DNA of 64,000 nucleotides, from NCBI GenBank assembly GCA_934099115.1, contig CAKOPK010000006.1, positions 372 to 64,371 on the forward strand, given 5' to 3'. Shown here in pieces: positions 21,968-31,203 of this stretch. The notes below the pieces were generated by a model, which was not told where the DNA came from, did no database searches, and saw only the letters and a list, made by a program, of their open reading frames with translations. The stretch is from an uncultured Bacilli bacterium. Lineage in GTDB: Bacteria; Bacillota_I; Bacilli_A; RF39; UBA660. How positions within the stretch are numbered: the stretch's first letter is position 1; each line of letters opens with the position of its first letter. The translations under genes and the position numbers were made by a program.

Positions 21968-22879
21968 TTAACTTATGGATTTTTGTGCAAAATGTAAAAT
22001 ATCTTCATAAACTTGTTCTTTATTCAATTCATTTAAAAGTTCATGCCTCATATCAGGATACAATTTGTTAGTTATATTCTGATATCCAATTTTCTTTAAA
22101 AATTCTTGAGCTTCTCTCCACTTACTTGTATTCATTATTACCGGGTCTTTTTCTCCTGCTAAAAATAAGATTGGCAACCCCGAATTTTTTACTTGATATC
22201 CTTCTTCTTGATAAATATCTTCCATTAGAGAAAATAAATTATAAAACCCATTTAAAGTAAATATATACCCACATAAAGGATCAGTATCATATTCTTTAAC
22301 AGTTACATCATCACTTGTCAGCCAAGAATTAGAAGAATTACTCTCAAAATCTTTATTATAGTTATGAAAAGCTAAATAATTAATAAACTTACTTCTATAA
22401 GTATCTTTATGAAATAATTCCATAAATTTAATAAGAGAAAGTGCTACTTTAGCTCCATTATTCTTACTTGGAGAACCACAAACTATTAAAGCATTTATAT
22501 CTTTATCATAATCTTTTAAATAGGCTCTAACTACCATCGAACCCATACTATGTCCAAACAAGATAATTGGTAATTTAGGATACTTATCTTTAATATAAAG
22601 TGTTACTTGATGTAAATCTTCTACAATCATTTTCTTCGTATCATAAAAATATCCTAAGTCTTCTTTATTCTTAATACTCTCTCCATGTCCTCTATGGTCA
22701 TGAATAACACTAACAAAACCAGCATTTGCCATATAATTCATAAAAGGAATATATCTTTCTTTATGTTCTGCCATTCCATGAGATATTTGTATAATTCCTT
22801 TTATTTCTTTTTTAGGTTCCATATAAAAACCACTTAATTCTAAACCATCATAATTAGATTTAATTTTAAACTTTTTCAT
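21968..22879 (-). CDS. Alpha/beta hydrolase (lysophospholipase/monoacylglycerol lipase-like)
   Basis: GHSMGS nucleophile elbow and HGMAEH. The start is set at MKKFKIKS. Confidence 0.8.
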   Translation of the reverse strand: MKKFKIKSNYDGLELSGFYMEPKKEIKGIIQISHGMAEHKERYIPFMNYMANAGFVSVIHDHRGHGESIKNKEDLGYFYDTKKMIVEDLHQVTLYIKDKYPKLPIILFGHSMGSMVVRAYLKDYDKDINALIVCGSPSKNNGAKVALSLIKFMELFHKDTYRSKFINYLAFHNYNKDFESNSSNSWLTSDDVTVKEYDTDPLCGYIFTLNGFYNLFSLMEDIYQEEGYQVKNSGLPILFLAGEKDPVIMNTSKWREAQEFLKKIGYQNITNKLYPDMRHELLNELNKEQVYEDILHFAQKSIS

Positions 22880-23105
22880 TTTCTTCTCCTTTATATCTTT
22901 TAAATAATAAAATAAATAATAAAAACAAAATAACAATATGAAGAATATCTACACTTTCAAATATAGAAACAATTATATATACCACTATAATTCCTATTTT
23001 TATAAAACTAGCTAGTAATCCTTTTTCTTTAGTCTTAGCTACTAAATAAGCCAAGAATGGTGATATAAATGCAAAAACAGTCCAAAACTTTATAAAAGAA
23101 ACCAC
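22866..23105 (-). CDS. Hypothetical membrane protein (3' part of a TAG-interrupted reading frame)
   Basis: Hydrophobic ORF with a GTG start, in the same frame as 23136-23381 with only one stop codon between them. Confidence 0.4.
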   Translation of the reverse strand: MVSFIKFWTVFAFISPFLAYLVAKTKEKGLLASFIKIGIIVVYIIVSIFESVDILHIVILFLLFILLFKRYKGEENEKV

Positions 23106-23135
23106 ATAAACTGAATGCGTAATCTTAGCAATACC

Positions 23136-23381
23136 CTAATAAGTGAATAATAACCCAATACAGAATAAAAATATATTAAGCATCGCATACCTCTTATTCT
23201 TACTATATAAACTAATAATAACTCCAATAAGTATATAAATTGCCATATCTGAAAAAATATCACTTAAAGACATTCTAAAATGTTGAACGTAAAAATAAAT
23301 ATCAAATAATTTAGCAAGTATCCCTAAAATAAGTCCAATAATAAAATACTTATAGGATTTATTATCTTTTTCATAAATCAC
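23136..23381 (-). CDS. Hypothetical membrane protein (5' part of a TAG-interrupted reading frame)
   Basis: Hydrophobic ORF ending at the TAG at 23136-23138. The frame continues open downstream (…LLFTY*GIAKITHSVYVVSFIKFW…). Confidence 0.45.
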   Translation of the reverse strand: MIYEKDNKSYKYFIIGLILGILAKLFDIYFYVQHFRMSLSDIFSDMAIYILIGVIISLYSKNKRYAMLNIFLFCIGLLFTY

Positions 23382-23433
23382 CCATTTTTAATATATCACA
23401 ATCTATTAAAAAAACCAGACTGTTTCAAGCCTG

Positions 23434-24222
23434 CTAATCAATATTTACACCTTTATTTAATAAATATTTGCTTATTATGCCAATAATAATATTATATATT
23501 ATATATATACCTGTAGTACATATCATAATGCTTTTTATCGCTCCATCATTCATATCTAAGCTTTTAAATATAGACATAATATCTTGATTAAATAAGCCAA
23601 TAATATAAAGAATTATAACTATTAAACAAGAAAATACTATATAAATTTGTATTCCTCTAATAATAGACTTCATAATCTTATAATTATTCTTCTTATTACC
23701 CATAATAATACCTAAATAACCAGTAAGTAACATAAATAATAATTCTAAAAAAATAAGTAAAGTTATCAAACTTAAGAAAACTGGTAAAGAACAATGAAAG
23801 TAAAGCGAAGTATTTTTAAAATATTCTACAAAATTTAACCAAGATGTTTGGTCCATAAAACAAATATTAAAACAAAGAACAATAACTACAAGAGAAGTAA
23901 ATAAAGTAATTATTCCTGTTAATACTCTAGATAAATAAATTTCATTCTTACTAACTGGTAAAGTATGAGTTAAATATGCTTCGTCTTTATAAATATTTCT
24001 TAGAAATCTAACCCAATTTCGCATCATACAGTTCATTATAATACTGATAAACATTGAAATTGCCATAAATAAAGATACTTCTCCTACAATAAGAGTAAAA
24101 AAAGATGAAGGCATATAATCTACAATTCTTGCCAATACTGAAAAAATAAAAGCTAATGCATAAAACACAATTAAAGGCTTATAGCACCATTTTAAATCAT
24201 ATTTTAATAATTTTCCTAACAT
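23434..24222 (-). CDS. ABC-2-type transporter membrane protein
   Basis: About 6 TM segments. It is translationally coupled to the upstream ABC ATPase within a GntR-ABC operon. Confidence 0.65.
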   Translation of the reverse strand: MLGKLLKYDLKWCYKPLIVFYALAFIFSVLARIVDYMPSSFFTLIVGEVSLFMAISMFISIIMNCMMRNWVRFLRNIYKDEAYLTHTLPVSKNEIYLSRVLTGIITLFTSLVVIVLCFNICFMDQTSWLNFVEYFKNTSLYFHCSLPVFLSLITLLIFLELLFMLLTGYLGIIMGNKKNNYKIMKSIIRGIQIYIVFSCLIVIILYIIGLFNQDIMSIFKSLDMNDGAIKSIMICTTGIYIIYNIIIGIISKYLLNKGVNID

Positions 24223-24911
24223 TTAAACCATCTCCTAAAAATCTCATCAATTGATGCATTCTCTCTTGTTCTAAGCGTATCTGCATCTTCATCTAATAAA
24301 ATAGTTCCATCATCTATAAAAATAACTTCATCTAATATTCTTTCAATATCACTAATTAAGTGAGTTGATATAAGAATACTAGCATCTTTATCAAAGTTAG
24401 TAAGAATTGTATTTAAGATATAATCTCTCGTCGCTGGGTCAACTCCCCCTAAAGGTTCATCTAAAATATAAAGTTCTGCTTTTCTACTCATAACAAGAAT
24501 TAATTGTAGTTTTTCTTGCATTCCTTTAGACATATGGCCAACCTTTAAGTTTGAATCTAACTTTAAATCTTTTAATAATCCAAGCGCTATCTCTCTATTA
24601 AAATCTTCATAAAATTCTTCAAAAAATTTAAGAATTTGAGAAATAGTCATATCTCTATCTAGATAAGTCCTCTCTGGTAAATAAGATATTATTTTTTTAG
24701 ACGAAATCCCAGGCATTTCTCCATTAATAAGTATGATCCCCCTAGTAGGCGTTAACAAATCATTAATTAATTTAATAAGAGTTGTTTTGCCTGCTCCATT
24801 TTTTCCTAAAAGACCTATAATCTTTCCTCTAGGAATAGTTAAATTAACATCTTTTAGAATTTCTTTTCCATCTATACTCTTACATAGATGATTACATTTT
24901 ACTAGTTCCAT
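24216..24911 (-). CDS. ABC transporter ATP-binding protein
   Basis: Walker A GKNGAGKTT, signature MSKGMQ, Walker B LYILDEP. Confidence 0.93.
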   Translation of the reverse strand: MELVKCNHLCKSIDGKEILKDVNLTIPRGKIIGLLGKNGAGKTTLIKLINDLLTPTRGIILINGEMPGISSKKIISYLPERTYLDRDMTISQILKFFEEFYEDFNREIALGLLKDLKLDSNLKVGHMSKGMQEKLQLILVMSRKAELYILDEPLGGVDPATRDYILNTILTNFDKDASILISTHLISDIERILDEVIFIDDGTILLDEDADTLRTRENASIDEIFRRWFKC

Positions 24912-25266
24912 TTTTTCCTCCTTGCAAGTACTTAATTACTTCTTCTTTAGTAATTCCAATATTACCCATTTGATTAAGATAATTATTTGTTATTTTTTTA
25001 GCCAATTGTTCTTTCGCATCTAAAATTATTTTTTTATCAGTCGTTACAAATTTCCCATTAGTTCTTTCCGTATAAATTAGTTTCTCATTTTCTAACTCTT
25101 GCAATGCTTTTTGCATAGTATTTGGATTTACTTTCATAATAAGTGCTAATTCCCTAACAGATGGCATTCTCTCTCCCTTTTGATACTTTCCTGAAACAAT
25201 ATCCATTCGAATAATTTCTACTAATTGAACATAGATAGGTCTTTCATTATCAAAACTATAATTCAT
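24892..25266 (-). CDS. GntR-family transcriptional regulator (YtrA-like short subfamily)
   Basis: PIYVQLVEIIRMDIVSGKYQKGERMPSVRELALIMKVNPNTMQKA is a GntR winged HTH. The protein is about 124 aa, and the gene is first in the ABC operon. Confidence 0.9.
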   Translation of the reverse strand: MNYSFDNERPIYVQLVEIIRMDIVSGKYQKGERMPSVRELALIMKVNPNTMQKALQELENEKLIYTERTNGKFVTTDKKIILDAKEQLAKKITNNYLNQMGNIGITKEEVIKYLQGGKNGTSKM

Positions 25267-25282
25267 AATTATCTCCTTTCTA

Positions 25283-25306
25283 ATTGTATTACTTGCTTAA
25301 TACAAT
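25283..25306. promoter_or_regulatory. Candidate operator for the GntR regulator
   Basis: Perfect 9-bp inverted repeat ATTGTATTA-N6-TAATACAAT, 17-40 bp upstream of the GntR start codon. Confidence 0.5.
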
Positions 25307-25388
25307 AATACTATTAATATATTCATTTGTCAATAAAAATTGTCAGTTGCTTCTATTTGTTATATAATATTTTTAAGAAAGGATAACT

Positions 25389-25739
25389 ATGGAGAACGTT
25401 AAAATAAACTTAAGTTTTTCAACCAATTTAAACTACATATTATTAAATTTAAAAAAAGCTATAGAAGAAGCAAATAGTTTAGAAAACCAAACATATTTAG
25501 AATTATCTAAAGCTCAAATAATTGAATATTTAAATGATATCTACTTAAAACTATTACCATGGCAAGACAATTATAATACTCAAAACTATGAAATAATTAT
25601 TAAAAATTATAAAGAAATAGAAGTTACCATTTCTCAGTTAGAACTATGTCTAGCAGACTATGATAGTATATTTCATATAGAAGGTATATCTTATTCACTA
25701 TTTCAAATAGGAAAGATTTTATCTATCTACAATAAATAA
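25389..25739 (+). CDS. Hypothetical protein
   Basis: The ORF has an RBS (AAGAAAGGA) and a downstream terminator. No recognisable domain. Confidence 0.55.
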   Translation: MENVKINLSFSTNLNYILLNLKKAIEEANSLENQTYLELSKAQIIEYLNDIYLKLLPWQDNYNTQNYEIIIKNYKEIEVTISQLELCLADYDSIFHIEGISYSLFQIGKILSIYNK

Positions 25740-25765
25740 GCAAAAAATTGTGCAAAGAATATTTC

Positions 25766-25789
25766 AAACATTTTTATGTTTGTTTTTTA
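25766..25789 (+). terminator. Rho-independent terminator
   Basis: Stem CAAACA / TGTTTG with a 6-nt loop, followed by TTTTTT. Confidence 0.6.
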
Positions 25790-25810
25790 TATCCTAACTT
25801 TCTATAAAAT

Positions 25811-25833
25811 AAAAAAACTCCGAATTAACGGAG
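25811..25833 (-). terminator. Rho-independent terminator downstream of tRNA-Ala
   Basis: Stem CTCCG / CGGAG with loop AATTAA, followed on the minus strand by a 7-nt T-run. Confidence 0.65.
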
Positions 25834-25845
25834 TAATTAACAATC

Positions 25846-25922
25846 TGGTGGAGGACGTGGGACTCGAACCCGCGACCCTCTGCGTGCAGGGCAGATGCTC
25901 TAGCCAACTGAGCTAGTCCCCC
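25846..25922 (-). tRNA. tRNA-Ala (anticodon UGC) with a non-canonical anticodon loop (C33)
   Basis: Manual cloverleaf: GGGGGAC-TA-GCTC-AGTTGGCTA-GAGC-A-TCTGC-CCTGCAC-GCAGA-GGGTC-GCGGG-TTCGAGT-CCCAC-GTCCTCC-ACCA. The G3:U70 Ala identity pair is present. Confidence 0.75.
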
Positions 25923-25973
25923 AAGAGAACATAACCATCTTAACATATAAGATAGCTAAAATCAAGTCTTTTT

Positions 25974-26177
25974 TTAATTTTTTTGAATAATTTTTACAAA
26001 ACCTTTCTCAATTTCTTCTAAAGCACGTCCTAATTCCTTTTTATTTACATATTCTTTTTCTTTCATTTGAAAATGTTTATTCTCTAGCATCTGTTTACTT
26101 CTCATTGAAGAAACATGAACAAGAATATACTTAGAATCTACGATGTTTAAAAGTTTATCAATTGAAGGATATAACAT
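25974..26177 (-). CDS. rpoZ: DNA-directed RNA polymerase subunit omega
   Basis: MLYPSIDKLLNIVDSKYILVHVSSMRSKQM matches the conserved RpoZ N-terminus; 67 aa. Confidence 0.88.
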   Translation of the reverse strand: MLYPSIDKLLNIVDSKYILVHVSSMRSKQMLENKHFQMKEKEYVNKKELGRALEEIEKGFVKIIQKN

Positions 26178-26257
26178 ATAATCCCCTCCCTTTACAATAA
26201 TATAATACTAAATATTACTTCCTTTATGAAGAAAATACTAACAAATTTTACATTTTT

Positions 26258-26968
26258 TTACATATGAAATAAATTCATTTGTCCTTCTAATTCTTTATCA
26301 ATCTTTTTTTCATTCCATTCTTCTAACTTTTCTCTTTCACTTCCACTTAAACGTTGAGGCTTTATCTCCGTTATGGTTTCTTTTACTTGTTTCCTTCGTG
26401 GATTTAAAAGATAATAAGTTATCATCGCAACATCATATAATGAACGATACTTTGGTGTTTTTTTGCCTTTATTCATATAATAACAATAACTATTTAAAAA
26501 AGCAGTTACACGGTCAAAAAAAATATAATCAGGAACACTATTATTATAAGCACTTCTAAGTTCATAGTATGCTTCCGGATTATAATTTCTGTTATTTAAA
26601 TAAGATAAAAAGCCTCTCATAAACTTATCATTATTCTGATTCTTAGTTATAATACTTGCTAAATTACTAATCTTAAAATAAGTCTCATAACCTCTAGTAG
26701 GCACATTAATATCTTTTATAAAACCATTTCTTAAATAAATAATCTTTAATTCTAAATCCTTTTGTTCTTTTTTTAAAACATCCTGATGAATTAAAAATTC
26801 TTTTAAAGTTTGTATATCTTGAAAACTCATAGTAAAAGTGCATAATTCTCTTAAATTATTATCTTTAATTAAAGAATTATGAATGTTTTTTAATTCTATA
26901 TAATTAAATCTCACACTATTCCTATAAATATTCCCTTTATCAACTGCTAAATAATACTTCATAACCAT
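26258..26968 (-). CDS. Hypothetical protein (unknown family); the C-terminus ends ...EGQMNLFHM
   Basis: Long ORF that overlaps the upstream gene by 10 nt. No domain recognised. Confidence 0.6.
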   Translation of the reverse strand: MVMKYYLAVDKGNIYRNSVRFNYIELKNIHNSLIKDNNLRELCTFTMSFQDIQTLKEFLIHQDVLKKEQKDLELKIIYLRNGFIKDINVPTRGYETYFKISNLASIITKNQNNDKFMRGFLSYLNNRNYNPEAYYELRSAYNNSVPDYIFFDRVTAFLNSYCYYMNKGKKTPKYRSLYDVAMITYYLLNPRRKQVKETITEIKPQRLSGSEREKLEEWNEKKIDKELEGQMNLFHM

Positions 26969-27570
26969 CCCTCTTGCTTATTATATCCCGTTTCATCAAG
27001 TTTATCAATCCATAATGCTTTTAAGACTGCTTGCTCTTTTAAATCATGAGTTATTTCACTAAGCTTTTTTAAATATTCTAACTTAAAATTATCTGTTTCT
27101 AAATAAGTTATAATAATATTCTTTAAAAATAAAGTTTCATCAAAATATAAAGAACATTCTTGATTTCCCATTTTTAATACCCAATTTATAAATAAATCTG
27201 CATCTTCTAAAGTTCCAAGAGAATTTCTAAATAAATAATAAACAATAGAATTTAACTCATAAATATTAAATACTTCTTGTAAAATAATCTTTCTAACAGA
27301 AGAATTAACCTTCTTTATGTATTTATCCAAAAATAAATACCCTTCTTTCCTTAAAATATCCTCTGGATAGTTTTTTAAAAGAAAAGTAAAATCAATATTA
27401 TTTCTTAAATCTAATATAGAAGTTTCATTTAAAATCTGAACCCATATAGTAATACCTTTTTTAGAATTAAGTTTCTTTAATAAAGAATAGATAGCTTCTA
27501 CATCACTATCATATTCTATATTATATCTTATATTTTCTAGCAAATTTAATACATAATTCTCTAATTGCAT
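26959..27570 (-). CDS. Hypothetical protein (unknown family)
   Basis: Long ORF. The start is moved to MQLENYVL, because the track extension to 27645 is hydrophobic junk without an RBS. No domain recognised. Confidence 0.55.
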   Translation of the reverse strand: MQLENYVLNLLENIRYNIEYDSDVEAIYSLLKKLNSKKGITIWVQILNETSILDLRNNIDFTFLLKNYPEDILRKEGYLFLDKYIKKVNSSVRKIILQEVFNIYELNSIVYYLFRNSLGTLEDADLFINWVLKMGNQECSLYFDETLFLKNIIITYLETDNFKLEYLKKLSEITHDLKEQAVLKALWIDKLDETGYNKQEGWL

Positions 27571-27690
27571 ACGTCTATCACCTACCACAATTTTATCATA
27601 TATAGGCACAAATGTAAAATAATATGCATATAAACTCCAAAACACTTATACAATACATTTTTTTGAGAAAATTAATAAAGGTGAGTAAAT

Positions 27691-28143
27691 ATGCAGTTCA
27701 AAAGAATGAAAGAACTAAGAGAAGAAGCAGGTTTAAAACAAAAAGAAGTCGCAGACGCTATGGGTGTTACAAAAGGTTCTTATAGTATGTGGGAATGTGG
27801 TACAGACACTATCCCTCTAAGAAGATTAAATCAATTTTGTAACTATTTTGGTGTATCAATCGATTACGTAGTAGGGCTTAGTGATAAGAAGAAGTATGCG
27901 AATGCAAAACCAGATATAAAATTAAAAATAACTGGAGAAAATTTAAAGAAAATCAGAAATAAGAAAAACTTAACTCAAGTAGCTATCTCTGATACTTTAA
28001 ATATTAATCAACCTACATGGAATAGATACGAAAAAAGTAGAACTCTAATATTAACTGTAACTTTAGTAGAACTTGCTCGTAAATATCATTATTCTATTGA
28101 TAAAATCTTAGGCAAAGATAAAGAAAACGATAGTAAAGATTAA
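27691..28143 (+). CDS. XRE-family transcriptional regulator with two tandem HTH_3 domains
   Basis: The HTH pattern appears twice: LKQKEVADAMGVTKGSYSMWECG and LTQVAISDTLNINQPTWNRYEKS. It is divergent from the two unknown genes. Confidence 0.88.
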   Translation: MQFKRMKELREEAGLKQKEVADAMGVTKGSYSMWECGTDTIPLRRLNQFCNYFGVSIDYVVGLSDKKKYANAKPDIKLKITGENLKKIRNKKNLTQVAISDTLNINQPTWNRYEKSRTLILTVTLVELARKYHYSIDKILGKDKENDSKD

Positions 28144-28213
28144 TTTCTTTACTATTTTTATGTTCATATTTTTATCATTTTTTAAACAAAAAAACTATTA
28201 ATTTCTTAATAGC

Positions 28214-29626
28214 TTAATATTGACGTCCAAAGTAAAGACGATATTTTGCTTTTTTGCCACATATAGCACAAGTCTCTCCTACTTCTTCATCATTAATTAA
28301 ACAGCGACTTTTCATACTAAAATCATCTTTTACTTTATTCTCACAAGCAACATCTCCACACCAATTAGCTTTTATAAATCCTGGCTTATTAGTTGCTATA
28401 TCACGAAACTCTTCATAATTATGAGCTTCATAAATCATTTTATTTCTTCTTTCCAAAGCCCTATTATACATATCAGTCTGCATAACTAAAAGCATAGTTT
28501 CTAATTCTTTTAAAGTATCTTTAACAGATACTTTTTTCTCTTCTAAAGTATCACGTCTAACAAGAGTTATTTGGTCATTTAATAAATCTCTTTCCCCTAC
28601 TACAATACGTACAGGATATCCTTTTACTTCTGCATCTGCAAATTTATAACCTGGTGTTTTATCACTTAAATCTACCTTATAGGTAATTCCTTTATCTTTT
28701 AGTTCACTTTCTAATTTATCTATAGTTTCTCCTACATTTCCAATTGGAATAATAACTGTTTTAAATGGAGCTATTTTTGGTGGTAAAACAAGTCCTCTGT
28801 CATCACTATGAACCATAATTAAAGCTCCAATCATTCTTGTTGTAGTACCCCAACTTGTTTGAAAAGGAGTTACTAATTTATTTTCTTTATTTAAATATTG
28901 AATACCAAAAGCTTTAGCAAATCCATCTCCAAAATAATGACTAGTACCATTTTGTAAAGCAACACCATCATACATCATTGCTTCTAAGCTATAAGTCTCT
29001 AAAGCTCCTGCAAATTTTTCTTTTTCAGTCTTTCTTCCTACAATAACCGGAATAGCTAAATAATTTCTTTGAAAATCTTCATAAACATGTAACATTCTAA
29101 GAGTTTCTTCTCTTGCTTCTTCTGCAGTTGCATGCATAGTATGTCCTTCTTGCCATAATATTTCTCTACTACGTAAGAAAGGCTTTGTAGTCTTCTCCCA
29201 TCTTACAATTGTACACCACTGATTATATAATTTAGGTAAATCTCGGTAAGACTTAATAATTTTTTTATAATAATCACAAAATAAAGTCTCACTAGTAGGA
29301 CGAACACATAATCTTTCTTCTAATTTTTCTAACCCACCATAAGTAACCCATGCTACTTCTGGAGCAAATCCCTCAACATGTTCTTTTTCTACATTAAGTA
29401 AAGATTCAGGAATAAACATTGGCATCTGTACATTTTGATGCCCTGTAGCTTTAAACATACCATCTAATGTATGAACCATCTCTTCCCATATTGCATAGCC
29501 CAAAGGAGCAATAATCATACTTCCCTTTACACTAGAATAATCTACTAATCCCGCTTTTGTTACAATATCACTATACCATTTACCAAAATCAACATCACGA
29601 CTAGTTATATCTTTATTAACGCTCAT
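28214..29626 (-). CDS. proS: Proline--tRNA ligase (archaeal/eukaryote-like type, no editing insertion)
   Basis: The N-terminus DFGKWYSDIVTKAGLVDYSSVKGSMIIAPLGYAIWE, class II motifs, and a C-terminal Zn motif ending ...YFGRQY. Confidence 0.95.
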   Translation of the reverse strand: MSVNKDITSRDVDFGKWYSDIVTKAGLVDYSSVKGSMIIAPLGYAIWEEMVHTLDGMFKATGHQNVQMPMFIPESLLNVEKEHVEGFAPEVAWVTYGGLEKLEERLCVRPTSETLFCDYYKKIIKSYRDLPKLYNQWCTIVRWEKTTKPFLRSREILWQEGHTMHATAEEAREETLRMLHVYEDFQRNYLAIPVIVGRKTEKEKFAGALETYSLEAMMYDGVALQNGTSHYFGDGFAKAFGIQYLNKENKLVTPFQTSWGTTTRMIGALIMVHSDDRGLVLPPKIAPFKTVIIPIGNVGETIDKLESELKDKGITYKVDLSDKTPGYKFADAEVKGYPVRIVVGERDLLNDQITLVRRDTLEEKKVSVKDTLKELETMLLVMQTDMYNRALERRNKMIYEAHNYEEFRDIATNKPGFIKANWCGDVACENKVKDDFSMKSRCLINDEEVGETCAICGKKAKYRLYFGRQY

Positions 29627-29628
29627 AA

Positions 29629-29853
29629 TTACTCCTTATTATCTACTTCAAAATCTACTAACTCTTTATTTTCTGTTAAAATCTTATTAACTTTATCTGT
29701 AGCATTATTTAACTTTTCACTACAATATTTTGCTAACTTCATCGCTTCTGTATATTTATCTATTGCACTATCTAACTCTACATTTCCACTTTCTAATTCT
29801 TTTACAATCGCTTCTAATTCTTTTAAAGCATCTTCAAATGATTTTTCCATCAT
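29629..29853 (-). CDS. xseB: Exodeoxyribonuclease VII small subunit
   Basis: SFEDALKELEAIVKELESGNVELDSAIDKYTEAMKL is a typical XseB sequence, and the gene follows xseA. Confidence 0.93.
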   Translation of the reverse strand: MMEKSFEDALKELEAIVKELESGNVELDSAIDKYTEAMKLAKYCSEKLNNATDKVNKILTENKELVDFEVDNKE

Positions 29854-29865
29854 ATTTCTCCTCTC

Positions 29866-31203
29866 TTAATCTATAATCTTACTTACTTGTGCATCTACAC
29901 TACCATCATGTAAACGAACATGTATAACATCATTTACTTTTAAATCTTGACTACTTTTAATAAGTTTATCATCCACTGTTACTAAAGAATAACCTTTTTC
30001 TAATATACCTAAAGGATTTACTAATTTCAATGTATTAACAAGTATCTTATAATTATGATCATTCTCCATAATAATTCTCTTAATATTTTGATATAAGTTA
30101 TTCTTTGATAATACTAATTTTTCCTGTTTCATATTAAATAATTGAAATGGATTTTTTAAAATATAGGAATTTCTTAAATTAAGTAATTGTAACTGATAAT
30201 TATCTAATCTTTTAGTTATATTATTATTTAAAGTTTCCATTAAATTATCCAATTTTTGTTCCTTTAATTCATATAAAGAAATTGGATTTTTTAAGATATA
30301 AGAACTACTAGCATTCTCTAATCTTAACCTTGCTTTATGTAAATAATTACTCATAAATTCATTCATTCTAATTTTATAAGTATCTAACATATGAACAATT
30401 TCATTTACTGTAGGAACTGCCATCTCTGCTGCTCCTGTTGGCGTTGGAGCTCTAAGGTCTGCTACAAAATCTGCAATTGTATAATCTATTTCATGACCAA
30501 CAGCACTTATAATAGGTACATTTGCTTCATAAATAGCTCTCGCTACTACTTCTTCATTAAAAGCCCACAAGTCTTCAATAGAACCTCCCCCACGTCCTAC
30601 AATTAAGACATCTAAGTTATACTTACCACTATCCGCTTCTTTTATTTGTTTTACAATATCTAAAGCCGCATTCTCTCCTTGCACTAACGCTGGAAATAAA
30701 ACAGTTTCACAAATAGGAAATCTTCTCTTAACAGTAGAAATAATATCTCTAATCGCTGCTCCTGTTGGAGCCGTTATAATTCCTATCCTTTTTGGTATTT
30801 TAGGTATTTTTTTCTTATGTTCATCATTAAATAATCCCTCTAAAGCTAGTTTTTTCTTTAATTTTTCATATTCTACATATAAATTACCTAATCCGTCAGG
30901 TTCCATACTATCTACATAAATTTGATAAGTTCCTTGAGCTGGATAACAAGATATTCTTCCGCTTACAAGCACATTCATTCCATCTTCTGGAGCAAACTTT
31001 AAAGTAACCGCACTAGAATAAAACATAACCGCACTTATTCTAGAAGCATCGTCTTTTAAAGTAAAATATAAATGTCCTCTCGTATGATTTTTAAAATTAG
31101 AAATTTCTCCTCGTAAATAAACTCTTCTTAAATGAACGTTTTCATCAAACATATTCTTAATATAAGTATTTAAATCACTAATCTTAATATATTCTTTATC
31201 CAT
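29866..31203 (-). CDS. xseA: Exodeoxyribonuclease VII large subunit
   Basis: OB-fold N-terminus (VYLRGEISNFKNHTRGHLYFTLKD), and GRGGGSIEDLWAFNEE. Confidence 0.95.
   Translation of the reverse strand: MDKEYIKISDLNTYIKNMFDENVHLRRVYLRGEISNFKNHTRGHLYFTLKDDASRISAVMFYSSAVTLKFAPEDGMNVLVSGRISCYPAQGTYQIYVDSMEPDGLGNLYVEYEKLKKKLALEGLFNDEHKKKIPKIPKRIGIITAPTGAAIRDIISTVKRRFPICETVLFPALVQGENAALDIVKQIKEADSGKYNLDVLIVGRGGGSIEDLWAFNEEVVARAIYEANVPIISAVGHEIDYTIADFVADLRAPTPTGAAEMAVPTVNEIVHMLDTYKIRMNEFMSNYLHKARLRLENASSSYILKNPISLYELKEQKLDNLMETLNNNITKRLDNYQLQLLNLRNSYILKNPFQLFNMKQEKLVLSKNNLYQNIKRIIMENDHNYKILVNTLKLVNPLGILEKGYSLVTVDDKLIKSSQDLKVNDVIHVRLHDGSVDAQVSKIID

Noticed and set aside
28214-29626. A T-box leader upstream of proS (and likewise gltX at 60138-60192, or an S-box before metA).
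   Set aside because: Only 2-60 bp separate these genes from their upstream neighbours, which is too short for a 200-nt leader. No specifier or antiterminator motifs were seen.
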